Virus record (IMG/VR): IMGVR_UViG_3300006417_000262
Coordinates: 1 to 64,000 of that record
DNA from: an uncultured virus (IMG/VR IMGVR_UViG_3300006417_000262)
Taxonomy: Duplodnaviria > Heunggongvirae > Uroviricota > Caudoviricetes
Direction: 5' to 3' (one strand)
Length of the DNA: 64,000 nucleotides
Under the pieces are notes generated by a model that worked only from the letters and a program-made list of their open reading frames with translations, did no database searches and was not told where the DNA came from. Shown in pieces: positions 1 to 10,122 of the stretch; the first letter of the stretch is position 1; each line of letters opens with the position of its first letter. The translations under genes and the position numbers were made by a program.

Positions 1-1
1 C

Positions 2-193
2 AAGCCCATCCCCTTCGTCATCTCGGGAGGCACGAGTCTGGCGGGTGGGTTCAAGGAGTTCTTCGAGCAGGTGTTCGAGGCGAAGCGCAAGAAGTTCCCT
101 ATTGAGATTAGCGAGATTCGACATGCGGCGGATCCTCTCAATGCGGTTGCACACGGTCTGCTTCTGCAGGCCATGCAGGAAGACGAGGAGTGA
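2..193 (+). CDS. actin-like (MreB/ParM superfamily) ATPase, C-terminal fragment, 5' end outside the window
   Basis: Manual frame-2 translation, absent from the ORF track: KPIPFVISGGTSLAGGFKEFFEQVF...IRHAADPLNAVAHGLL...EDEE*. ISGGTS resembles the actin-fold adenosine motif and DPLNAVAxG the connect-2 motif. Confidence 0.7.
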   Translation, partial: KPIPFVISGGTSLAGGFKEFFEQVFEAKRKKFPIEISEIRHAADPLNAVAHGLLLQAMQEDEE

Positions 194-477
194 TCACCCC
201 CGAAATCCCATCGGAAGTACTGTCAGCTCGGGTGTTGCGAAACCTGCGGGATGGGGACATTGTGTGGGTTACGGTGGACCCCGAGCTAGACGAAGAGGAC
301 ATGGACACGGTGCATCAAATCGTGAGCAGCCTGCTTCCTGAAAACGTGAATCTACTCGTAACGGTTGGCGGGTCCATGGACCTTAGGGTTGCCGCCTTGG
401 ATGAACTCCTCGACCTTCAACAGCAGGTTGAGGAGGCGATCAAGGATTTCTCCGCTGCTCGCGCCCACGATACTTGA
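190..477 (+). CDS. hypothetical protein (acidic)
   Basis: 95-aa ORF whose GTG start overlaps the upstream stop (GTGA); tight operon packing. Confidence 0.7.
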   Translation: MITPEIPSEVLSARVLRNLRDGDIVWVTVDPELDEEDMDTVHQIVSSLLPENVNLLVTVGGSMDLRVAALDELLDLQQQVEEAIKDFSAARAHDT

Positions 478-483
478 GGCCAA

Positions 484-1710
484 ATGTACTACTTCTTGAC
501 AGAGGCAGTGAAAAGGCGTTTTCTGCTAGAGTTGCGGAACTTCTGGTCGTACCACCCGAGGTATCGGGACATCGTTGATCACATCCAGGGAAAGTACAGT
601 TTTCGCGAGCGGCCCTCGTACGGGATCATCCTCAAGACCGCTTCGGCTAACCAGGTGCAGCTATCCGCGGACAACTTTGTAGGGACAGTGGTTTCCTACG
701 TCCAGCTCGCGAAGTACCAAGACAAGCCAGGGTTGGCCGTGGAGTGGGTTCGCGAAGACGCAACCGCTATCCGGGCCAACGGCGGTGTGTTCCCCTCCTC
801 GCCCGGCATCTACTACATCGAGATCACGGAGCCCACCGATCCGGTGCCCCCGTACAACGCTGAAAGGACATTTGAGTTCATGGTTGACCCGCTCCTGGAA
901 GTGCAGGATGAGGTGGCTACGAAGCTGGATGACTTCACGTGGATGGTCGCCAACCCGTACTTGGACGGCACCACGAGGGTCTACCAGATGCCAGGCGGCA
1001 TCCCATACGTCGCAGGGGTCAACTACACCGAGGACCCAGGGACGGGGCAAATCACTCTCGTGAACCCCATCCCGAATGGGACGTATCTCCTGGTGAGCTA
1101 CAGGTATGCCGGGGAATCCACGGGTCCGTGGCGCATCACGGAGAACTTCGCCCATCGGGGAGCTATCCCCGGCGTGACGCTAGCGTTTGGGCGACGTATT
1201 GAAGTGGGGGATGTGATGGCGGTGGTTGTGCATAGCCGCCGGCAACCCACGGCCCTGGAGTACGGCGGGAAGTGGGACATATCCCTCGACTTCGACATCA
1301 CGGCCCGTGATGTGTACGCGCAGCAGGAGATATCGGACGCGACCGTCATGTTTCTGTGGGGTGTGGCGCGCAACCGGCTCTCGACGGAGGGGATTGAGAT
1401 CACGTCCGTTGGGATGGGTGGGGAGTCCGAGGAGTCGTATGACGATACGGGGGACGACTACTACTACAACTCGAGCTTCACGGTGCAGACGCAGACGGAC
1501 TGGAGCATCCACGTGCCGTTGACGGCCACCATTCGTCGTGTTGTGCCGCTCACGTCAGCACAGGTCGCCGAAGTCGCAGCGATGACCGACGACGAGCTGG
1601 TGGAGTCCAACCTCTCGAACAACATTCAGGTGTTGGAGAGCTTGGGTCTGCGAACGATGGACGATCCGTTCTTCTCGGGTAAGACCGCGACGTTCGAGAC
1701 CCTCAAGTAA
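484..1710 (+). CDS. phage structural protein, candidate neck/tail-completion protein
   Basis: 408-aa ORF with GAGG RBS, beta-rich middle, located upstream of the sheath. The function is inferred from position. Confidence 0.55.
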   Translation: MYYFLTEAVKRRFLLELRNFWSYHPRYRDIVDHIQGKYSFRERPSYGIILKTASANQVQLSADNFVGTVVSYVQLAKYQDKPGLAVEWVREDATAIRANGGVFPSSPGIYYIEITEPTDPVPPYNAERTFEFMVDPLLEVQDEVATKLDDFTWMVANPYLDGTTRVYQMPGGIPYVAGVNYTEDPGTGQITLVNPIPNGTYLLVSYRYAGESTGPWRITENFAHRGAIPGVTLAFGRRIEVGDVMAVVVHSRRQPTALEYGGKWDISLDFDITARDVYAQQEISDATVMFLWGVARNRLSTEGIEITSVGMGGESEESYDDTGDDYYYNSSFTVQTQTDWSIHVPLTATIRRVVPLTSAQVAEVAAMTDDELVESNLSNNIQVLESLGLRTMDDPFFSGKTATFETLK

Positions 1711-1715
1711 GGCCA

Positions 1716-1949
1716 TCACTCCCGGGGTGGAGGGATGCGCGGGTCGGGTCTCTGGACCTCTTCGGCGTGGTACACCTCCCACTTGTGCACCCATCCATCC
1801 TCGTAGGGGTACTCGGTGTCCGCGTCGTCGATGACGCGCACCCGGCCCGACCACTGGCTCACGTGGCACAGGAGGACGACGGGGCCATCGGGTCCGACAG
1901 CGTGGATCCAGATGAGGCCGTAGGGGAGGTCAGGCCGGAGATTGCTCAT
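1716..1949 (-). CDS. hypothetical protein
   Basis: MSNLRPDLPYG..., last gene of a tightly packed four-gene minus-strand unit. Confidence 0.55.
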   Translation of the reverse strand: MSNLRPDLPYGLIWIHAVGPDGPVVLLCHVSQWSGRVRVIDDADTEYPYEDGWVHKWEVYHAEEVQRPDPRIPPPRE

Positions 1950-1950
1950 G

Positions 1951-2208
1951 TCAGTAGTCCTGATCAGGACCGAGGGTCCCGATCTTGGTGGTGGAGACGT
2001 AGTGGACGGTGGTGCCGTGCACCTCAATCCATCCCGCGGCCCCTGGAACGAGATCGCTGGCCTTGATGCGCAGGGGTTCCAGCGAGCGGTAGTCCATCCA
2101 CTTGCTGGCCACCCCCTGCAAGCCGTTTCGAGCCATGAGCTGAAAGGCCTGGTTGCGCCGGTCGTCGGCGATGTGAAAAGACCAGCCAGTGAAATCGGGT
2201 GTGCTCAC
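1951..2208 (-). CDS. hypothetical protein
   Basis: 85-aa ORF overlapping or abutting its neighbours. Confidence 0.55.
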   Translation of the reverse strand: MSTPDFTGWSFHIADDRRNQAFQLMARNGLQGVASKWMDYRSLEPLRIKASDLVPGAAGWIEVHGTTVHYVSTTKIGTLGPDQDY

Positions 2209-2501
2209 AGGAGTCTCCAGGTGAGGATGATGCCAGAGATAGCACAGCTTGGGTTCTCAGAGTCGGGTGGATGGATGCCATCCATCCACCCGAGTCCATG
2301 CATCTTGACGGGCAGGGGCAGTTTCATCCGGCGTTTGACGAAGGCGAACCACGCCTTCGGGTCGGTGCTCTTCCGGGGGCCCGTACCTGGCCATTCCCCG
2401 GTTGTCACGACGCCGCTTCGCCACGTACTCGTGGTGTAGGCCACGCCGGGGAGCAAGCCTCCAACGGAAATGGGGAATACGGTGACGGTGAGGGTGTTCA
2501 C
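2205..2501 (-). CDS. hypothetical protein
   Basis: GTG start (VNTLTVTVFP...) just after the stop of 2504..2782; the C-terminal part of the tracked 2205..2870 ORF. Confidence 0.5.
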   Translation of the reverse strand: MNTLTVTVFPISVGGLLPGVAYTTSTWRSGVVTTGEWPGTGPRKSTDPKAWFAFVKRRMKLPLPVKMHGLGWMDGIHPPDSENPSCAISGIILTWRLL

Positions 2502-2503
2502 GC

Positions 2504-2782
2504 TCAGCCCCCGATGAATTCGGCGCAGAGGACGGTGCCTGCGGCGGTGCCCTTGACGGCCGTGCCGACCAGGGTGACGGTCACGTCCTTGGGGTCGACC
2601 CAGGATTCGGTATCGACATAGCCCTCGAACACAAAGAGCCAGCCTAGATCTTGCCAGATCTTGCCGGTCCCACCGGGATGGGTGTGGCGAGCGTCCTGCT
2701 CGGTCTTGGCCGCCACGATGGCGGCCAAGTAGATGTCGAATTCCCGGACAGGGGTGGTGCGGGTGATCTTCCAGAGCTTCAT
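2504..2782 (-). CDS. hypothetical protein
   Basis: 92 aa with a strong GGAGG RBS, directly downstream of a GTTCAGG-N16-GTAG motif. Confidence 0.7.
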   Translation of the reverse strand: MKLWKITRTTPVREFDIYLAAIVAAKTEQDARHTHPGGTGKIWQDLGWLFVFEGYVDTESWVDPKDVTVTLVGTAVKGTAAGTVLCAEFIGG

Positions 2783-2800
2783 GTTCTTCTCCTCCCCCCT

Positions 2801-2827
2801 CTACACCAGCCTGTGCAGACCCTGAAC
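2801..2827 (-). promoter_or_regulatory. class A motif GTTCAGG-N16-GTAG (putative early promoter)
   Basis: Conserved bipartite motif upstream of 2504..2782. Confidence 0.65.
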
Positions 2828-2868
2828 TTGTTGGTAGGGTGAAACCTGCAAGTGGAGGGTGGTACGGC

Positions 2869-3336
2869 ATGCCTGTTTACGAGTACGAGTGTCAGGATTG
2901 TGGGCTTCGCTTCGAGAAGCTGAAGTCGATCACGAAGTCGTCCGAGCCCGAAGCGTGTCCAGCTTGCAAGGTTCCGGACGCCAAGAAGCTCGTGTCGGTC
3001 GTGAACCACACCTTCGCGCATACGGTCGTGGGCGGGGCACGTCCGCAGAATACGGGTGTCCACGCCATCGACTACAACTACGACCGCACCATCGGGCGGG
3101 ACGCCGAGCAGAAGTGGAAGATCATTGAGCAGCGAGATGCCCGCAAGCGAGAGATCATTCGAGATGCGCAGAAGGCGGGTGTCGCAGTCAACCGGGACCA
3201 GCTCGTGCGCACGGGGGAGAATGACTACCGTGTGATCACGGAAACCGAGCGCACTGCGGCGAACGAGGGGCGTGCCAAGCACAACCAGCTCCTCAAGCAG
3301 GTCAACACGGCAATCGAGAAATCCAAGAAGCCTTGA
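2869..3336 (+). CDS. FmdB-family zinc-ribbon protein
   Basis: [12 protein letters not shown]...F E...CPAC, the CxxC-CxxC FmdB-type N-terminus; GGAGG RBS upstream. Confidence 0.8.
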   Translation: MPVYEYECQDCGLRFEKLKSITKSSEPEACPACKVPDAKKLVSVVNHTFAHTVVGGARPQNTGVHAIDYNYDRTIGRDAEQKWKIIEQRDARKREIIRDAQKAGVAVNRDQLVRTGENDYRVITETERTAANEGRAKHNQLLKQVNTAIEKSKKP

Positions 3337-3354
3337 GTCCCTGGCTTGGGTGGC

Positions 3355-3369
3355 CGTTGATCTGTCTAT
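3355..3369 (+). promoter_or_regulatory. class B motif CGTTGA-N6-TAT (putative late promoter)
   Basis: Matches the C-R-N-T-R-R-N6-TAT pattern found before five other + strand genes; precedes the endonuclease-sheath unit. Confidence 0.5.
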
Positions 3370-3397
3370 GAGCCTCCATACTTGAGGAGGTATCCAC

Positions 3398-4663
3398 ATG
3401 GACAGCGCCCCAAAGGCATACACCATCTACAAGGCCACGTCGCCAAGTGGAAAGGTGTATGTGGGGCTGACAAGCAAAACCCTCAAGGCTCGGATTCGCC
3501 AGCACACCCATCTTGCCCGACCCAACGGGTCTATTGGCCATTTCTACAAGGCACTTCGTAAGTACGGCGACCAGATGGTCTGGACTGTGCTTGAAGAAGG
3601 GATTGTGGGGCTGCGCACGGCAGGCGAGAGAGAGATGTACTGGATTGCACATTTCAAGTCGGACAATCCCAAGTGTGGATACAATAAGACGGCCGGTGGC
3701 CAGACGGGTCGTCCTTTCCGGATTGATGCGGAGCGGCATCCCGTGCTCCGGTCCGATGGGCGCGTGTTTTGGTCTGCGCGAGAGGCCGCAGAACTGATGG
3801 GTGCAGCCCATTCGGATGCCGTGGGAAAGGCCATTCGTTTGGGTGGTACATGTGGTGGGTTTACGTTCACCCGCATCTCTGTAGATGAGTGCGTGCACCG
3901 GATTCAAACCGACCCCGCGGCAAATGCAGCCGTGGCACATGTGGACTGGACACGCCCCATACCGCACACGGCGGAATCAAAGAAGCGCATCTCCGAGGCA
4001 AAGAAGGGAAAGCCCTACAACCGCAGTGCGGTTGCGGAGGCGCGGCGAGTGGGATTGATCTCCAAAACAGTCTACTGCTCGGACGGCGCGGTGTTCTCGT
4101 CGGTCACTGCGGCTGGCGAGTCCATTGGATTGCACCGATGGGCCCTGGCGCATGCCATCAAGAACCGTCGGGTGGTTGATGGGCACCTCTTCTCCTTCTC
4201 TCCCGTGGATGGCGAGAGTCTGCGTCTTGCAGAGCTGGATGGCCGTGAGAAGGCGCGGGTGGGTCGCGAGGCTCTACGGAGCAAGCGGTCCAAGGCTGTT
4301 TACTGCTCTGATGGGCGTGTGTTTGCATCCTTGACAGATGCGGCACAATCATTCGGAGTGAACAGGGTGACGCTCCTGAACGCCATCAAGAACGGTCGTC
4401 CGCTCTCTGGGGTGCGATTCTCACGGACCACAGATGCAGACTACCAGCAGCTCGCCACACAGTACACGGACGCGCTTTTGAAGGCTAAAGCAGCCCAAGT
4501 GCAGGCGATAGCCAAACCGGTGCTGCGTTCTGATGGGTGCCGTTACGCCTCCGTACTTGATGCGGCACGGGCAATGTCGGTTTCACAGTATCAGATGCAC
4601 CGCTCACTCCGAACCGGGAAGCCCCGGGATGGATTCACCTTCTCCACCGCCGAGACAAGGTAG
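3398..4663 (+). CDS. GIY-YIG homing endonuclease with a NUMOD3 motif and four NUMOD1-like DNA-binding repeats
   Basis: TIY...KVYVGLT...R...E...GYN nuclease motifs; HTAESKKRISEAKKGK (NUMOD3); four V(L/Y)xSDGx(V/R)(F/Y)xSxxxA repeats. Confidence 0.85.
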   Translation: MDSAPKAYTIYKATSPSGKVYVGLTSKTLKARIRQHTHLARPNGSIGHFYKALRKYGDQMVWTVLEEGIVGLRTAGEREMYWIAHFKSDNPKCGYNKTAGGQTGRPFRIDAERHPVLRSDGRVFWSAREAAELMGAAHSDAVGKAIRLGGTCGGFTFTRISVDECVHRIQTDPAANAAVAHVDWTRPIPHTAESKKRISEAKKGKPYNRSAVAEARRVGLISKTVYCSDGAVFSSVTAAGESIGLHRWALAHAIKNRRVVDGHLFSFSPVDGESLRLAELDGREKARVGREALRSKRSKAVYCSDGRVFASLTDAAQSFGVNRVTLLNAIKNGRPLSGVRFSRTTDADYQQLATQYTDALLKAKAAQVQAIAKPVLRSDGCRYASVLDAARAMSVSQYQMHRSLRTGKPRDGFTFSTAETR

Positions 4664-4668
4664 GCCCA

Positions 4669-7600
4669 ATGTCCTTCCCGAACAACATTTACGCCCCACC
4701 GGGCGTCTACACGCAGTCCAACTACGACAACCCCACCGTCGCGCTGCTTGATGGGCTGCGTCTGCCGATCCTAATCGGTACGGGGTCGGAGATCCTGTCG
4801 CAGAGCAACCTCGAGATGATCCGTGGATCGTCGGCCTCCGTCGATCAGCGTATCGTTCAGGAGGATGAGACGGGTCGTGCGGTGGTGAGCATCTCGTTGA
4901 CGGGTGAGGTGACCCTCGGTGCGTTCAACGGTGAACTGACCCGCATCCAGACCCGCAAGTACCCCATCGTGACCGGCCAGGGGACGGGCACCACGGCGAC
5001 GAAGACTTCGGCCGTGTCCGTGACGATCAACGGGCAGCCGATCGTGGTCACTGCCATGTCTGCCGCCACTGGCGTTCTGACCCTTGCCACGGCCCCCGAG
5101 CTTGGGGATGAGGTTCGGGTCAGCTACTACTTCAAGCGCACCGACACGCAGATCACCGACACCGTCTCGGATCAGGTGACGGAGGACGGTGCCATCCTCT
5201 ACGGGGCGGTTGGCGAGAGCTTCACCATCATCACGGGTGACAACGACACCCTCGTCCTCACGGTTGATGATGTCTCGACCGTTACCGTTACCATCCCAAG
5301 TTCTGGTGCATCCACGTGGAGCGCCGCGCAGATCGCGGCCTTCATCCTCGCCGCAGCTGGAACCACCTCGCTGACGGCGACCACGGCCGAGAACAACTTC
5401 GGCGAGACCGTCGTCGTCCTGCAGGCTGACGGTAACCTGGCGGTGGGTTCGGGCTCGGCGAACTCGACCCTCGGGTTCACCGCTGGCAGTGCCACGGCCC
5501 GCAACAAGGTGTTCTACACCTTCCAGGGCCCCATCGTGGACGGAACCAATGGTGGTGTCACCACTACCGATCCGTCTGATGTGACCGTCCTCGTGGACGG
5601 CGTGCAGGTCATCCCTGTCTCCGTGGATGGAGCGAACCGTGCGGTCACCCTCGCGGCAGCCCCCGACGCCGGGGCCACGGTCACCATCCAGTACTACTTC
5701 AACGCCTGGCAGGACACGTTCGACTACCTGATGCACATCAACGTGACGGAGATCACGCAGTGCGGTGTGTCCCCCACCCGTTCGGACTACACCGATCAGG
5801 TCGACTTCGTGCTCAAGGACGACCGGATCGTGTGGGGCACCTCCTACGCGGTTGAGGCCGGCGAGCACACCGCGGGCACCACCTACTTCAACGACGTGCA
5901 GGTGAGTGGGACGCTCGTCGACACGCGCGGCTACCTCCAGCCCACGACGGCCGTTGTCAACACTGCCGTCTCCCCGCCGACGGAGAGCCGCACGCAGTTC
6001 ACCCTGGCTCGTGTTCCGACGACGGGCAACGGCCGCAACAGCCCTCTCGGCAGCTCGCTCTACCAGACGGTGGCCAATGACCGGATCGACCTCCCCACGG
6101 ACCGACCCGACCTGGTTGTCGCCTACTGGGGCTTCGGCATCCAGGATGCCATTGAGCGCGGTGCCGTGACTGTCACTGCAGTGGATTCGTCCACGAGCAC
6201 CATCACCCTTCGGGATCCCGTGCCGGTCGGCGCACAGGTTTGGGCGACCTACTACTACAACACCCTGGCCGACCACGAGTACACGCTCACCACGGTCGTT
6301 CCCGGTGCTAGTGGTGTGGGGACGTATGCCATCACGAATGAGGATGGTACGGCCCTTCTCACTCCGATGTACGGCACCAAGTCCTCTGGACTGTCCACCA
6401 TCACCCTTCAGTTCCCCTCCGGGTCGGAGCGGAAGCCTGACGTTCGGTTCGAGGTCCCCACGACCACGACCTACTACGAGGGCAGTGTCGTGGAGGACGT
6501 GACGGTCACGTTCGCCACGACGGATGGCACGGTCGCCAAGTTCGTGACGCCTGGCTCGGGCGACTACGAGATCGTCCTCAACGCCTCGGATCGCATCCGT
6601 CTCCTCATCGATGGGGCCGCCCTTGCGGGCGGTGCCGCAGGCATCGACCTCGGCTCGGTCAACGGGACTGCGAACCTCGGGTTCGTCGCCTCGATGGTTG
6701 GCGCAGAAGTTGAGTACGAGGCAGACACGGGCTACACCACCTACGAGATCGATGCCACGAACAATGGCCTCAGCCTCCTCGTGGACGGAGTCCTCGTCTC
6801 GGGCACGGCCACTGCCTCGGGCACGGCCACCCTGGCCGATTACGTCACTGCCCTCAACACGGGTGCAGACGCCTCGCCGTCACTCTATGAGTCGTCCGGC
6901 GCGTTCCTCTCGTCTGTAGTGGTCACGGCCAACGAGTACGATCAGCTCCTTTTCCATTACACGGGAGATGAGTCCGGTCTGTCGGGCAACCTCACGGCCA
7001 CCATCACCCCTGCGACCTACGCTTCGGTGTCCACGCTCGCCACGGCGGTGCAGTCGGCCGTCTCTACGGCCATTGCTGGGCTCGGTGCGGCGTTCACGGG
7101 ACTTGAGGTCACGGTTGATGCGAGCGGGGATGGCAACCTCACCTTTGCCCTCCAGCGTGCTACGGGTGTGGCAGCTACGGGCACCGTGACTGCGGCTACC
7201 GTTCTCGCGGCCGATACCGTCACCATCGCGGGCACCGTGTTCACGGCTGTGACCGGCGCTGCGGGCGCGAACGAATTCGATCGTACTCCGGGCACCGACA
7301 TCACGACGGCGACCAACCTCGTGGCAGCCATCAACCTGGTCACCAACTGGGTCGGCACTCCACCGGTCACGGCGGACAACGCAGGTGGCACGTCCAACAT
7401 CGTGACCATCACCGCTGCATCGGTGGGCACCGCAGGAAACGCCATCACCTTGGCCTCGTCGGGCGGCACGCTCGCCGTCTCTGACGCCAACTTGAGTGGT
7501 GGCCTCAACGCGGACACGTCTGGCTACCTGGAGTTCATCACCCACGGCACCCCGGCACGCGATTTCTGCGTCCTCGCAGGCATCGACACGGCGGCGGCGA

Positions 7601-10014
7601 CCGCTGGCGCGCAGACCAAGCTCATCGACGGCCCCATCGCTCGTCGATACACCGTCACGGGCGACAACACGTCCTCCCTCCTCCACGACCGACTCATCCT
7701 TCGTAGCCGCGTCGTTCCAGGAATGGGAACCGTCGCCCCCCACCACACGCTGACCTACGCGGGTCTGGAAGTGTCCGGTGGGACGGGCGACACGCTCGCG
7801 GGCTTGACCCCCGAGACCGCCACGTCTGCAGGATGGAACGCCTGCGTTCGGGCAGCCACGCTCCTGGGCAGCGTTGGGTTCGCCAACGGCCAGGTGGCCG
7901 CTGCCACGTACGGGGACGTCCGTGACGGCCAGCCCATCGTCACGTTCTACGCCGCAGGTGGGACGACGGCGCAGAACAACGTGTTCAAGTTCTCGATGGA
8001 CGGCACCCCCGTCACCGTGCAGTTCACGGACGCAGCCGGGGCGGCCATCGCGTCCGGGGCTTCGGCCGATGTCCCGCTCGGCCCTGCGGGCACCGCGAAC
8101 ACTGTGCTCGCACAGATCCGTGCGGCGGTGACGGCCGCTGGCATCGCTACCCCCACCTCCAGGGTTCTCCAGGAAGGGGCGGCCATCCGGCTCGTGGGAG
8201 CAGTCTACAGCGCGCTCTCCAGTATCGTCATCGGCAACGGGAATGCGAATGACACCCTCGGGTTCAACGAGGGCGACATCGCCGAGCGCACCCTCGTCGC
8301 CCCCGACGTGGTGGCCTCTGGCCTCATGGCCCACTCGCACGCGGGTCTGTCCGACGTATACAACCTCTGGACCAACCCGACGACCACCTACTTCGCGGAC
8401 GAGGCGCTTGCCTCCACCGTGTCGGATGCCGTCGGGGCGAAGTACCTGTTCATCCAGTCGCTCGGGTCGGTTGGGCTCGGCACGCAGTCCAGCGTCGCCT
8501 TTGCCACGGCTTCCTCCGACTCGATCCTCCTCCCCACCACGGGGCTCGGGGTCGTGACTGGCGATGGTGCTACGGGTGAAGAGGGCATCAGTGGCTTCTA
8601 CGTCACGTCGTCGGATCCCGTGAACGGTTCGGGGACGGCCAACACGTCCATCCTCAACAACGGCACGGGACAGGACGGCATCGTGGGGCAGACCTACACC
8701 GACCTCGTGACCGGGTTGACCTTCACCGTCCTCCAGCGGGAAGGCGGGTCCAACTACCCCGCCGCATCGTACTTCACCTTCACGGTGCGTACGGACGTGA
8801 CCACGGACAGCAACCTCACGGTCAACACCATCCCCGGCCTCGAGCTGCTCGTCACCAACACCCTCGGGGTCGGTGCGGGCGACACCGCGGTCGTGGAGAC
8901 CTTCGAGCGTGGTGGCGAAGAGCCCGGCATCGGTGACATCTACTACGTGTCCTACCAGTACACGAAGCAGGATTTCGAGACGAGGCTCTTCACGCGCTTC
9001 GCCTCCATCGAAGCCGTCTACGGGTCGCTCTCCCCCGACAACCCCGTGTCGCTGGCCGCCTACCTCGCCATCCTCAACGGTGCCGTTCTCGTCGGTATCA
9101 AGCAGGTGCAGAAGGACACCGACGACAACGGAGACGGGATCAACGACTCCGCGTCCGTCACGGCCTACCGTGACGCCGTCGATGACCTGGAAGGCGCCCT
9201 CACCGGAGGGATCCTCCCCGACATCCTCGTCCCCCTCCTGGGTTCGTCCACCCCTCTGTTCTCCTACATCACCCGCCATGCGGACGTGCAGTCGGACATG
9301 AGGCACCAGGCCGAGCGCACCGTCATCGCAGGTGTCTCCTCCGGCACCACCCCGCGTGCCGTGGGCACCGTCGCACAGACCGTGCAGCGTGACCGCTTCC
9401 GGCTCGTCTACCCCGACATCGTCATCGTCCCGCTCCCGCAGGCCGATGGGCAGGATGAGGAGACCCTCGTCGACGGCACCTACCTCGCCAGCATGATGGC
9501 CGGGTCGGTGGTGTCCCCCAACACCGACGTGGCCACCCCCTGGACCAACCGTCGCCTCCAAGGTGCCACCCGGCTCGCCCGGACCCTGGACGCGGTGGAG
9601 CAGAACCAGGTCGCGGTCAAGGGCGTGACCATCATCGAAGACCGCCCCCCGGTCCTCCGTGTGCGCCACGGCCTCACCACCGACCTCGTCGGCGCAAGCA
9701 CCAACGGCAACGCCCAACTGTCCAGGCTCCCCACCATCAAGCAGATCGTGGACGAGGTGCAGCAGCAGTCCCGCAAGACCCTCGACCGGTTCATCGGTAC
9801 GAAGTTCCTCCCGGGCGTCCTGTCGCAAATCGAAGGGCAGCTCAGCAACACGCTCAAGCTCCTGGTACAGGCGCAGATTCTCAGCGCATACACTGGAGTC
9901 AAGGCGAACATCTCGGCTGACAACCCAACTGCGGCTGAAGTGGAAGCCTTCGTCCAACCCGTAACACCCCTTCTCTACATCGTCATCTCATTCTCTGTTA
10001 GGTCAAGTTTGTGA
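4669..10014 (+). CDS. contractile tail sheath protein, 1781 aa, with large inserted beta domains
   Basis: N-terminal PPGVY motif; C-terminal sheath-like domain (LVYPD..., RVRHGLTT, RFIG, VEAFVQPVTPLLYI); very high GC3. Confidence 0.85.
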   Translation: MSFPNNIYAPPGVYTQSNYDNPTVALLDGLRLPILIGTGSEILSQSNLEMIRGSSASVDQRIVQEDETGRAVVSISLTGEVTLGAFNGELTRIQTRKYPIVTGQGTGTTATKTSAVSVTINGQPIVVTAMSAATGVLTLATAPELGDEVRVSYYFKRTDTQITDTVSDQVTEDGAILYGAVGESFTIITGDNDTLVLTVDDVSTVTVTIPSSGASTWSAAQIAAFILAAAGTTSLTATTAENNFGETVVVLQADGNLAVGSGSANSTLGFTAGSATARNKVFYTFQGPIVDGTNGGVTTTDPSDVTVLVDGVQVIPVSVDGANRAVTLAAAPDAGATVTIQYYFNAWQDTFDYLMHINVTEITQCGVSPTRSDYTDQVDFVLKDDRIVWGTSYAVEAGEHTAGTTYFNDVQVSGTLVDTRGYLQPTTAVVNTAVSPPTESRTQFTLARVPTTGNGRNSPLGSSLYQTVANDRIDLPTDRPDLVVAYWGFGIQDAIERGAVTVTAVDSSTSTITLRDPVPVGAQVWATYYYNTLADHEYTLTTVVPGASGVGTYAITNEDGTALLTPMYGTKSSGLSTITLQFPSGSERKPDVRFEVPTTTTYYEGSVVEDVTVTFATTDGTVAKFVTPGSGDYEIVLNASDRIRLLIDGAALAGGAAGIDLGSVNGTANLGFVASMVGAEVEYEADTGYTTYEIDATNNGLSLLVDGVLVSGTATASGTATLADYVTALNTGADASPSLYESSGAFLSSVVVTANEYDQLLFHYTGDESGLSGNLTATITPATYASVSTLATAVQSAVSTAIAGLGAAFTGLEVTVDASGDGNLTFALQRATGVAATGTVTAATVLAADTVTIAGTVFTAVTGAAGANEFDRTPGTDITTATNLVAAINLVTNWVGTPPVTADNAGGTSNIVTITAASVGTAGNAITLASSGGTLAVSDANLSGGLNADTSGYLEFITHGTPARDFCVLAGIDTAAATAGAQTKLIDGPIARRYTVTGDNTSSLLHDRLILRSRVVPGMGTVAPHHTLTYAGLEVSGGTGDTLAGLTPETATSAGWNACVRAATLLGSVGFANGQVAAATYGDVRDGQPIVTFYAAGGTTAQNNVFKFSMDGTPVTVQFTDAAGAAIASGASADVPLGPAGTANTVLAQIRAAVTAAGIATPTSRVLQEGAAIRLVGAVYSALSSIVIGNGNANDTLGFNEGDIAERTLVAPDVVASGLMAHSHAGLSDVYNLWTNPTTTYFADEALASTVSDAVGAKYLFIQSLGSVGLGTQSSVAFATASSDSILLPTTGLGVVTGDGATGEEGISGFYVTSSDPVNGSGTANTSILNNGTGQDGIVGQTYTDLVTGLTFTVLQREGGSNYPAASYFTFTVRTDVTTDSNLTVNTIPGLELLVTNTLGVGAGDTAVVETFERGGEEPGIGDIYYVSYQYTKQDFETRLFTRFASIEAVYGSLSPDNPVSLAAYLAILNGAVLVGIKQVQKDTDDNGDGINDSASVTAYRDAVDDLEGALTGGILPDILVPLLGSSTPLFSYITRHADVQSDMRHQAERTVIAGVSSGTTPRAVGTVAQTVQRDRFRLVYPDIVIVPLPQADGQDEETLVDGTYLASMMAGSVVSPNTDVATPWTNRRLQGATRLARTLDAVEQNQVAVKGVTIIEDRPPVLRVRHGLTTDLVGASTNGNAQLSRLPTIKQIVDEVQQQSRKTLDRFIGTKFLPGVLSQIEGQLSNTLKLLVQAQILSAYTGVKANISADNPTAAEVEAFVQPVTPLLYIVISFSVRSSL

Positions 10015-10038
10015 TAACGCGGGTTGTACCTGCGTTAT
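10014..10038 (+). terminator. stem-loop immediately after the sheath stop codon
   Basis: ATAACGCGGGT-TGT-ACCTGCGTTAT, 11-bp stem with one G:U pair; no strong U tract. Confidence 0.45.
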
Positions 10039-10075
10039 TCGCAAAAACGGTAGTGGGGAAGCTCACACAGAACGC

Positions 10076-10105
10076 TTGACGGATTCGACTCCTGGCCCCT
10101 ATGAT
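10076..10105 (+). promoter_or_regulatory. sigma70-like promoter for the downstream endonuclease
   Basis: TTGACG-N18-TATGAT, followed by AGGAG RBS and ATG at 10123. Confidence 0.5.
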
Positions 10106-10122
10106 GGGGGCCAGGAGTACGG

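Noticed and set aside
6880..9957. 1025-aa antisense ORF, and other long antisense ORFs such as 4771..6276 and 57405..58955
   Set aside because: Shadow ORFs caused by high GC3 in the sense gene; no motifs or RBS.
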